15,385 bases of DNA, taken from contig JBGQHJ010000118.1 in assembly GCA_041497895.1 (NCBI GenBank), forward strand, positions 1 through 15,385. The letters are read 5' to 3'. Below, one piece after another: positions 8,521 through 15,385 of the stretch. A model generated the notes under the pieces. That model ran no database searches and had not been told where the DNA came from. It was given only the letters and a program-made list of their open reading frames with translations. The translations under genes were made by a program, and so were the position numbers. Source of the stretch: Candidatus Methylomirabilia bacterium (GTDB lineage: Bacteria > Methylomirabilota > Methylomirabilia > Rokubacteriales > CSP1-6). Numbering within the stretch: position 1 is the first letter of the stretch; every line of letters begins with the position of its first letter.

Positions 8521-9756
8521 ATGCTGGCGCCGCTGCCGCTCTATTCCGTGCTGCCCTTCGTGGCGATGCTCCTCGCCATCGCCTTCCTGCCGCTGGCGCT
8601 CCCGCACTGGTGGGAGCCCAACCGGAACAAGCTCGTCATCTCGGCCGGGCTCGGCCTGCCGGTGCTGCTCCTCTACCTGGCGCGCGAGCCGGGTGCCCTC
8701 GTGCACATGGCGGGCGACTACGGGTCGTTCATCGTCCTGCTGACCGGCCTCTACGTGATCGCGGGCGGGATCCTACTCCGCGGCGACCTCGAGGCCACCC
8801 CGGCGGTGAACAGCGCGTTCCTGGGCGGAGGCGCAATCCTCGCCTCGCTCATCGGCACCACGGGCGCGTCCATGCTCGTGATCCGCGCTCTCCTGCAAAC
8901 GAACCGAGAGCGGGCCCGCGTGACCCACACCGTGGTCTTCTTCATCTTCCTGGTCTCCAATATCGGGGGGATGCTGACCCCGCTGGGCGACCCGCCGCTC
9001 TTCCTCGGCTACTTGGCCGGGGTGCCCTTCACCTGGACCCTGCGCCTCTGGCTGCCGTGGCTCACCATGACCCTGGTTCTGCTCGTCACCTACTTCGTCT
9101 GGGACACGCTCCAGCACCGCCGCGAGTCCCGGACGGCGCTCCGGCGCGACCGCACCCGGATCGAGCCCCTGAGCATCCACGGCGGCATCAACGGCCTCTG
9201 GCTGGCCGGCGTGGTGGCCGCGGTGGCGCTCCTGCACGCGCCCCTGCGCGAGGCGGCGATCCTGGGCCTGGCCGCGATCTCGCTCTGGCGAACTCCAAGG
9301 CAGATCCGCCGGGCCAACCAGTTCACCGCGTACCCCATGGTCGAGGTGGCCGTGCTCTTCCTCGGCATCTTCCTGACCATGATCCCCGCGCTCGAACTGC
9401 TCCACCTCCGGGGCGCGGAGCTGGGGGTCCGCGAGCCCTGGCAGTTCTTCTGGGCCGCGGGCGGGCTCTCCTCGTTCCTCGACAACGCGCCCACCTATCT
9501 CACGTTCCTCGCCCTGGCCCAGGGCCTGGGACTCCCGGGCGAGGTGGTCGGAGTCCCCCACTCGATCCTGGCCGCGATCAGCCTGGGCGCGGTCGCGATG
9601 GGGGCCAACAGCTACATCGGCAACGCGCCCAACTTCATGGTCAAGGCCATCGCGGAGGCGGCCGGGGTGCGCATGCCGAGCTTCCTCGGCTACATGGTCT
9701 ACAGCGGCGCGGTGCTGCTCCCGCTCTTCGGGCTGGTGACGCTCGTCTTCCTCTAG
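8521..9756 (+). CDS. IT-superfamily secondary transporter (putative Na+/H+ antiporter or CitMHS-like carboxylate transporter)
   Basis: Highly hydrophobic 411 aa protein with [40 protein letters not shown] and [15 protein letters not shown] motifs. Confidence 0.82.
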   Translation: MLAPLPLYSVLPFVAMLLAIAFLPLALPHWWEPNRNKLVISAGLGLPVLLLYLAREPGALVHMAGDYGSFIVLLTGLYVIAGGILLRGDLEATPAVNSAFLGGGAILASLIGTTGASMLVIRALLQTNRERARVTHTVVFFIFLVSNIGGMLTPLGDPPLFLGYLAGVPFTWTLRLWLPWLTMTLVLLVTYFVWDTLQHRRESRTALRRDRTRIEPLSIHGGINGLWLAGVVAAVALLHAPLREAAILGLAAISLWRTPRQIRRANQFTAYPMVEVAVLFLGIFLTMIPALELLHLRGAELGVREPWQFFWAAGGLSSFLDNAPTYLTFLALAQGLGLPGEVVGVPHSILAAISLGAVAMGANSYIGNAPNFMVKAIAEAAGVRMPSFLGYMVYSGAVLLPLFGLVTLVFL

Positions 9757-11141
9757 GCGGACGGGGGCTCGGAGGGCGCGACCCGGCGCAGGCCGTAGCG
9801 CTGCATCTTGTCCGAGAAGTTCTTGGGGTCCATGTCGGCGTGCTTCGCCGCGACGGTGAGCTTGCCTCCGTGGCTCTTGAGCAGCCCTTCGATGTAGGCC
9901 CGCTCGAACTCCTCCACCACCCGGGCCTTGGCGTCCCGAAACGGCAGCGAGAGGTCCACCGCCGCGTGGGCGCCGGTGGGGGCGAGGAAGCGCTCGACGT
10001 CCGCGAGGGTGTCGCCCGCGGCCACGATCACCGCGCGCTCGATGACGTTCTCGAGCTCCCGCACGTTCCCCGGCCACGGGTAGCGCGACAGCGCGCCCAG
10101 GCTCTCCGGCGAGATGCCGCGCACCGCCTTCTTCAGCCGCCGGCCGGCCTGCTCGACGAAGTGGCGGGCCAGCAGCGGGATGTCTTCCGGCCGTTCGCGC
10201 AGGGCCGGCACGCGGACCGGCATGACCGACAGCCGGTAGAAAAGATCGCGGCGGAAGGTCCCGCGCTCGACCTCGGCCTGCAGGTCCTTGTTGGTGGTGG
10301 CGATGAACCGCACGTCGATGTCGACCGGCCGGTCGGCCCCGACCGAGGTGACCTTCTTCTCCTCGATGGCACGCAGGAGCTTGCTCTGCAGGTGCAGCGG
10401 CATCTCCCCGATCTCGTCGAGCAGCAGGGTGCCGCTGCTGGCCATCTGGAAGTGGCCGCGGCGATGCTCGATGGCCCCGGTGAAGGCCCCGCGCCGCGAG
10501 CCGAAGAGCTCGGACTCGAAGAGCTCGGCCGGGATCGCCGCGCAGTTCACCGGCACGAAGGGCCGCTCGCGCCGGGCGCCCGAGAAGTGGATCGAGCGGG
10601 CCAGCAGCTCCTTGCCGGTGCCGGTCTCCCCGTAGATGAGCACGGTCGTGTCCAGGTCCACCACCGAGCGGAGCAGATCGAACACCGCCTGCATCCCAGC
10701 GCTCGCCGCCACGATGTTGCCGAACGTGAACCGCTCCTGGTTGCGCCGGATCGTCCGGCGGTTCGCCGACTTGAGCTCCTGGAACTCGATGGCCCGGCGG
10801 ATCACCAGGAGCAGCTCGGCCGCCTCGAACGGCTTCACCAGGTAGTCCTCCGCGCCGAGGCGCATGGCCTCGACCGCGGATTCGATGGTGCCGTAGGCGG
10901 TCATGACCACGACCGCCAGGTCGGGATGCTCGGCCTTGATCTGCCGGACCAGCTCGACTCCGTCCATGCCGGGCAGGCGGCGATCGGTCAGCACCCCGTC
11001 CACGTCCTCGGCCTTGATGGTCTCGAGGGCCTCCTCTCCGCTCTGGACCGGTAGGACCTCGTAGCCCTTCAGCTCCAGCGTGCGGAGCAGCGGCCGCAGG
11101 AATACCTCGTCGTCCTCGACCAGCAGGAGCCGTCGCTTCAT
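9753..11141 (-). CDS. Sigma54-dependent response regulator (REC + AAA+ + Fis-type HTH; NtrC/AtoC/CbrB-like)
   Basis: Receiver motifs VEDDE, VLTDRRLPGMDG, MTAYG, KPF; Walker A GETGTGKE; ESELFG..GAFTGA; LLDEIGE; RRDLFYRL; WPGNVRELEN. The start overlaps the kinase stop (ATGA). Confidence 0.96.
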   Translation of the reverse strand: MKRRLLLVEDDEVFLRPLLRTLELKGYEVLPVQSGEEALETIKAEDVDGVLTDRRLPGMDGVELVRQIKAEHPDLAVVVMTAYGTIESAVEAMRLGAEDYLVKPFEAAELLLVIRRAIEFQELKSANRRTIRRNQERFTFGNIVAASAGMQAVFDLLRSVVDLDTTVLIYGETGTGKELLARSIHFSGARRERPFVPVNCAAIPAELFESELFGSRRGAFTGAIEHRRGHFQMASSGTLLLDEIGEMPLHLQSKLLRAIEEKKVTSVGADRPVDIDVRFIATTNKDLQAEVERGTFRRDLFYRLSVMPVRVPALRERPEDIPLLARHFVEQAGRRLKKAVRGISPESLGALSRYPWPGNVRELENVIERAVIVAAGDTLADVERFLAPTGAHAAVDLSLPFRDAKARVVEEFERAYIEGLLKSHGGKLTVAAKHADMDPKNFSDKMQRYGLRRVAPSEPPSA

Positions 11142-14100
11142 GGTGTGCCTCCGGCCAGGGGGTGCGGAGCCAGCACCGCCGGCAGTGAGATGCGGACGCG
11201 CGTGCCGGAGCCCGGCGCGCTCTCGATCGCGAGGTCTCCTCCGGGGAGGTCAACGATCTTCTTGACGATCGACATGCCGAGCCCGGTGCCCGACGGCTTG
11301 GTGGTGAAGAAGGGCAGGAAGATCCGGTCCCGGTCCTCCGGGGAGATGCCCATCCCGTCGTCGGCGACCTCCACCACCGCCCGCTCGCCGTCGACGAACA
11401 GATCCACCGTCACCCGCCCGGCCTCGCGGCGCGGCTCGATGGCCTCCAGCGCGTTCTTCATCACGTTGGTGAAGACCTGGCGGAGCTTCTGGCCGTCGAC
11501 CGCCGCGGTGACGTCGCGCTCGAGCCGCCCGTAGCCCACCAGCACACCCCGGCCGCGCCCTTCCGCGGCCACCGCCTCCACCACCGGATCCAGGATGCGA
11601 TGCAGCTCGTAGTCGCCACGCTCGAGCCGCGCGTCGCGCGTCCAGTCCAGCAGGTTGTTGATGATGGCCTCGATCTCCGCGATGCCGGACAGGATGGAGC
11701 GGGTCATCTCCTGGGAAAGCGGGCTGCCGTCCACCTCCGGCGAGGAGAGAAGGTTGGTGGCCATCTTGATGCCGCCCAGAGGATTCCGGATCTCGTGGGC
11801 CACCCCCGCCGCCATCTCGCCGAGCGAGGCAAGCTTCTCGCGGTGGATGAGCCGTCGCTGCGTCTCCACCTGCTCGGTCAGGTCGCGCAGCACGCCCACC
11901 GTGCCGATCCGCTGCCCGCGGTCGTCGAACAGCGACGTCATCGCGACGTGGGCCGGGAACGCCCGGCCCTCCGCGGTCCGGCCCATCACCTGCCCGCCCC
12001 AGCCCCGACCCGTCTCGAGCGCAGCCACGATGGCGGCACCGCCGCCCCGCTCCTCGGCGGCCAGCAGGTCCGGGTAGCGGAGACGGCTCACCTCCCACGC
12101 CTCGTAGCCGAGGAGGCGTCGGCCGGCCGGGTTCATGGTCACGAGCCGGCCGGTGGTGTCGGCGGTAAAGATGCAATCGTCGACGCTCTCCACCACCGAG
12201 GCGAGCAGGCGCTCGCCGCGCTTGACCTCCTCCTCGGTCACCCGCAGCGACTCCTGCATCCGCTGGAAGGAGGTGACCAGCTGCTGGGCCTCCTCCTTCG
12301 AAATCGTGAAGTGGTCCTCCACGATCATGCGCGCGGCGGCCGCGCCGAGCGAGGCGGCGAGCAGCCGCTCGAACCGGATGCGCATCTCCAGGAGCTCCGG
12401 CACCGAAAGCTCGGCGGGGGTCTTGGTCCCGAACAGCTCGCGGACGATGTCCTCGGCGTCCTCGTCGCCCACGTAGTGGTGCACGAGACGCTCGATCTCG
12501 GGCGCGGACAGGATGGCGGGCGCGCCCGGAGCCGGCTTGTCCTCGCCGGCCACCCCCACGAACGCGGCAGCCTGCGCCCGGTCGTCGGCGTCCTGCTCGG
12601 TGAGCAGCGACACCATCACGAACAGGCCCACGTTGAAGAAGAGCGACCAGAAGACTCCATGGCTGATGGTGTCCAGTCCCTCCAGCCCCAGGAACGCGGT
12701 GGGCCGCAGCAGCCCCAGGCCGAACGGGCCGTCGGCCAGGAACGAGGGCCCGAAGACGCCCTCCTGGCCGAGCGCGGGGATGATCAGGGTGTAGAACCAC
12801 ACGAAGAAGCCGGCCGAGATGCCCGCGAAGGCGCCCCGCCGGTTGCCGCGCCGCCAGTACAGGCCGAGCAGGATCGCGGGGCCGCACTGAGCCACCGCGA
12901 TGAACGACAGGAGCCCCATCTCGACCAGCAGGAGCTGACCATGCTCCATGCGCGCCCACAGGAAGCCCAGGGCCACCACCGCCAGCATGGCCAAGCGGGT
13001 GTAGAAGAGGGTGATCCAGTAGATATCCTCCATGCGACGCTGGCGTAGCAGCATGGGCAGGATGATGTCGTTGGTGATCATCTTCGACAGGGCCAGGGAG
13101 TCGACCACGATCATCGCGGTGGCGGCCGAGAAGCCGCCCAGGAATACCAGCACCGAGATGAGCTGGCTGTCGAAAAAGAGCGGCAGCCGCAGGATGAAGC
13201 CGTCGGCCTGGGCGGGCGCGTCGGGAAAGACGAGCAGGCCGGCGAAGGCGATGGGCAGCACGAACACGTTGATCAGGAGCAGGTAGAGGGGAAACGACCA
13301 GGAGACCGCGTTCACATCGCGCTCGCGCGGGTTCTGCACTACGAGCACGTGGAACTGCCGCGGCAGGAACATCACCGCCAGCATCGAGATCAGGAGCATG
13401 GCGGCCCAGCGCGGGTAGGACGCGGTGCTCCCCTGGTCGAGGGTCAGGAGCTTGGACCACTCCGGATGCCGAGCCACCTGGCCGAAGAGATCCGCGAAGC
13501 CCCCGAAGAGACCCCAGGTTACGTAGACGCCCACCAGCAGGAAGGCCACCAGCTTCACCACCGACTCCACCGCCACCGCGGTCATGAGGCCGGTCTGGCG
13601 CTTGGTGAAGTCGAGGTTCCGGGCCCCGAAGAGAATGCCGAAGAGGGCAAGGGTCACCGCCACCACCAGGGTCGGGTCGAAGACCTCGAGCACCGACTCC
13701 TCGCGCAGGATCATCTTGAAAGAGGCCGACACCGCCTTCAACTGGAGCGCGATGTACGGGATCATGCCGCAGACCACCAGCGCCGCCACCAGGGTGCCGA
13801 GCGCGGCGGACTTGCCGTAGCGGCTCGAGATGAAGTCGGAGACGGAGGTGATGCGCTGCTCCTTGGAGACCCGGACCAGCTTCCGGAGGAGGACCGGCCA
13901 GAGGAGCGCCACGCAGGCAGGGCCCAGGTAGATGGTGAGGAACTCGAGCCCGCGGTTGGCCGCGAGCCCGACGCTGCCGTAGAAGGTCCACGCGGTGCAG
14001 TAGACGGAGGCGGCGAGCACGTAGGTCAGGGTTCGCAGCCGGCCGCGCCCGAGGCGCGGCGCGAGGGCCTCCGCGACCGAGGCGACCAGGAACAGGAAGG

Positions 14101-14152
14101 CCAGGTAGCCGAGGACGATGCTCAGCAGCGCGGTCGGCGAGAGACCGCTCAC
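11138..14152 (-). CDS. Sodium:solute symporter (SLC5)-domain sensor histidine kinase with PAS (CbrA/CrbS-like)
   Basis: N-terminal SLC5-like membrane domain (ASVYCTAWTFYGSVG, SVSDFISSRYGKS, IPYIALQLKA, FLPRQFHV, GGFSAATAMIVV), a STAC-like linker (ERLLAASLGAAAARMIV), PAS, H-box AHEIRNPL, and HATPase N/G1/F/G2 boxes. GTG start at 14152 has a GGAGG SD and overlaps the upstream TGA. 1004 aa. Confidence 0.93.
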   Translation of the reverse strand: MSGLSPTALLSIVLGYLAFLFLVASVAEALAPRLGRGRLRTLTYVLAASVYCTAWTFYGSVGLAANRGLEFLTIYLGPACVALLWPVLLRKLVRVSKEQRITSVSDFISSRYGKSAALGTLVAALVVCGMIPYIALQLKAVSASFKMILREESVLEVFDPTLVVAVTLALFGILFGARNLDFTKRQTGLMTAVAVESVVKLVAFLLVGVYVTWGLFGGFADLFGQVARHPEWSKLLTLDQGSTASYPRWAAMLLISMLAVMFLPRQFHVLVVQNPRERDVNAVSWSFPLYLLLINVFVLPIAFAGLLVFPDAPAQADGFILRLPLFFDSQLISVLVFLGGFSAATAMIVVDSLALSKMITNDIILPMLLRQRRMEDIYWITLFYTRLAMLAVVALGFLWARMEHGQLLLVEMGLLSFIAVAQCGPAILLGLYWRRGNRRGAFAGISAGFFVWFYTLIIPALGQEGVFGPSFLADGPFGLGLLRPTAFLGLEGLDTISHGVFWSLFFNVGLFVMVSLLTEQDADDRAQAAAFVGVAGEDKPAPGAPAILSAPEIERLVHHYVGDEDAEDIVRELFGTKTPAELSVPELLEMRIRFERLLAASLGAAAARMIVEDHFTISKEEAQQLVTSFQRMQESLRVTEEEVKRGERLLASVVESVDDCIFTADTTGRLVTMNPAGRRLLGYEAWEVSRLRYPDLLAAEERGGGAAIVAALETGRGWGGQVMGRTAEGRAFPAHVAMTSLFDDRGQRIGTVGVLRDLTEQVETQRRLIHREKLASLGEMAAGVAHEIRNPLGGIKMATNLLSSPEVDGSPLSQEMTRSILSGIAEIEAIINNLLDWTRDARLERGDYELHRILDPVVEAVAAEGRGRGVLVGYGRLERDVTAAVDGQKLRQVFTNVMKNALEAIEPRREAGRVTVDLFVDGERAVVEVADDGMGISPEDRDRIFLPFFTTKPSGTGLGMSIVKKIVDLPGGDLAIESAPGSGTRVRISLPAVLAPHPLAGGTP

Positions 14153-14352
14153 GTCTCGTCCTCCGGCGGCCGGATCCGGCGGGCCAGAACCATCAGGACC
14201 ACCACCATGCCCGTCCAGACCGCGAACAGGTACAGCACCAGGGCGGGCACGCCGGCCACGAGCGCCGGCCGGTTGGCGATGGCGAGCAGGGGCCAGACGA
14301 GACACGCCCCGAACAGGAGGAAGCAGGCGACCACCAGCTCCGCGGCCTTCAT
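14149..14352 (-). CDS. Small two-TM membrane protein translationally coupled to the SLC5 kinase (CbrX-like position)
   Basis: 67 aa with two hydrophobic helices. The stop overlaps the kinase start (GTGA), and the kinase SD lies inside its 3' end. Confidence 0.8.
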   Translation of the reverse strand: MKAAELVVACFLLFGACLVWPLLAIANRPALVAGVPALVLYLFAVWTGMVVVLMVLARRIRPPEDET

Positions 14353-14363
14353 TGGCTTCGCGG

Positions 14364-14369
14364 ATTATA
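14364..14369 (-). promoter_or_regulatory. Sigma70-type -10 box (TATAAT) for the small protein-kinase-regulator operon
   Basis: Perfect TATAAT 11 nt upstream of ATG 14352 in a very GC-rich background. No SD is present. Confidence 0.6.
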
Positions 14370-14432
14370 GCGCCGGAGCCCGCGCCCCGGCGACCTCCGG
14401 AGCCGGGCCCGCCGCCGCCCTGGTCGCGGCTC

Positions 14433-14723
14433 CTAGCGCGGCGGACCGAGGAAGCGGCGCACGACCAGGTCCTGGAATCCCGCCTCGAGCTCGGCCGCGA
14501 CCGTTTGCGCCACCGCCTCGGCGCCACCGGAGCGCTCGGTCTCCGGGCCCGGGGCCCACCCCGCGAGATAAGCCTCGCTCTCGGTGGCCCCTTCCCGCAT
14601 CGCCACCGCGTCGATGAGGTCCTGGAACCGCTGGGACAGCGGGACGCGCACCGTCTCTCCACCTTCCTCCGCCTCGACGAGGGACGGCAGGTCACGCCAC
14701 TGGATGATCCGGACGCGCGCCAT
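14433..14723 (-). CDS. Stand-alone 'Virulence factor' domain protein (Virulence_fact-like), function unknown
   Basis: MARVRIIQWRDLPSLV...VPLSQRFQDLIDAVAMREG....AYLAGW resembles the family pattern WRDIP...L..RF...ID..AM. A TACAAT box lies 10 nt upstream of ATG 14723. Confidence 0.75.
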   Translation of the reverse strand: MARVRIIQWRDLPSLVEAEEGGETVRVPLSQRFQDLIDAVAMREGATESEAYLAGWAPGPETERSGGAEAVAQTVAAELEAGFQDLVVRRFLGPPR

Positions 14724-14759
14724 GGCGCTGCATATTGTAGCGGAAGGCGGCCCGCTCGC

Positions 14760-14788
14760 TTGACAAGCCAGAGGGCCCCCCGTAGCCT
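14760..14788 (+). promoter_or_regulatory. Sigma70 promoter for the DUF169-like gene
   Basis: TTGACA-N17-TAGCCT, followed by SD GAGGAG and ATG at 14810. Confidence 0.7.
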
Positions 14789-14809
14789 CCGTCACTGAGG
14801 AGACCATTC

Positions 14810-15385
14810 ATGATCGACGTGAAGACGGCGGACCGCGAGCTGCAGACCTACCTCAGGCCGCAGACCTTCCCGGTCGCCATCCGCATGCTCCGAGCCGACG
14901 AGCCGATCCCGGAGCGCGCCCGGCGGCCCGCGCGGGACTTCAAGAAGCTCAGCATGAGCTGCCAGGTCATCGACATGGCCCGGCGCTACGGCTGGATGAT
15001 CGCGCTCACCCGCGAGGACCACATCTGCTCCCTCGGCATCACCGCGATCGGCTTCGACAAGCCGCTGCCGATCTACAACGTGGGCACGCTGTGCGAGGGC
15101 ATGTACACCGAGACGAAGGAGGCGGGCCAGCGCTCCGAGGCGGCGATCGACAAGTTCGCGCCCGGCGAGTACCACTGTGTCCTGGTGGCCCCGCTCGACC
15201 GCGCCACCTTCGAGCCGCACGTCGTCTGCGTCTACGCCAATCCGGCCCAGGTGATGCGCCTGACCCAGGCCGCGCTCTGGAAGCGGGGCGGCCGGCTCAC
15301 CTCGTCGTTCGAGGGCCGGGCGGTGTGCGCGGACATCATCGTGACCACCATGAAGACCGGTGAGCCCCAGGTGATCCTCCCCTGC
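14810..15385 (+). CDS. DUF169-like protein (Cys-containing); 3' end runs off the window
   Basis: Not in the ORF track. Manual translation gives MIDVKTADRELQTYLRPQTFPVAIRML...SMSCQVIDMARRYGWMIALTREDHICSLGITAIGF...VLVAPLDRATFEPHVVCVYANPAQVMRLTQA...EGRAVCADII....GEPQVILPC, open to the end of the window. Confidence 0.78.
   Translation, partial: MIDVKTADRELQTYLRPQTFPVAIRMLRADEPIPERARRPARDFKKLSMSCQVIDMARRYGWMIALTREDHICSLGITAIGFDKPLPIYNVGTLCEGMYTETKEAGQRSEAAIDKFAPGEYHCVLVAPLDRATFEPHVVCVYANPAQVMRLTQAALWKRGGRLTSSFEGRAVCADIIVTTMKTGEPQVILPC

Noticed and set aside
8428..8706. N-terminal extension of acs (similar extensions for aroQ, the DksA-like gene and the MFS)
   Set aside because: The extensions overlap neighbouring genes or promoters. 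The downstream ATGs have SD or -10 support and give family-typical lengths.
8610..11253. 814 aa (+) and 826 aa (-) ORFs spanning the transporter and regulator
   Set aside because: Arg/Gly/Pro-rich alternative-frame and antisense translations of two well-supported genes.
11250..13991. 913 aa minus-strand ORF and plus-strand ORFs within the kinase
   Set aside because: Off-frame or antisense shadows with low-complexity composition.
14153..14695. 181 aa N-terminal extension of the kinase in the ORF track
   Set aside because: It overlaps two better-supported small genes. The GTG at 14152 has an SD and coupling, and SLC5-like sequence begins there.

Overview
High-GC bacterial chromosomal window with no mobile elements, rRNA, tRNA or CRISPR array visible. 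The gene style would fit a Rokubacteria/Methylomirabilota- or Deltaproteobacteria-like organism, but that is an impression only. Left to right: a partial acyl-CoA carboxylase carboxyltransferase; an ECF sigma factor fused to a signal-peptide-like helix and an extracytoplasmic domain; aroQ; a divergent PlsC-like acyltransferase and glycerophosphodiesterase pair; a DksA/TraR C4 zinc-finger protein; an MHS-type MFS transporter; acetyl-CoA synthetase; an IT-superfamily transporter; a three-gene CbrX/CbrA/CbrB-like signalling operon (small membrane protein, SLC5-PAS histidine kinase, sigma54 response regulator); a Virulence_fact-like small protein; and a partial DUF169-like protein. The two highlights are (1) a putative one-component, membrane-tethered ECF sigma factor with an AxA signal-peptidase motif, no adjacent anti-sigma gene and a candidate autoregulatory promoter, and (2) a transporter-kinase/sigma54 module near acs, with two readable -24/-12 promoters (one with a perfect IHF site) upstream of the MFS transporter and the DksA-like gene.
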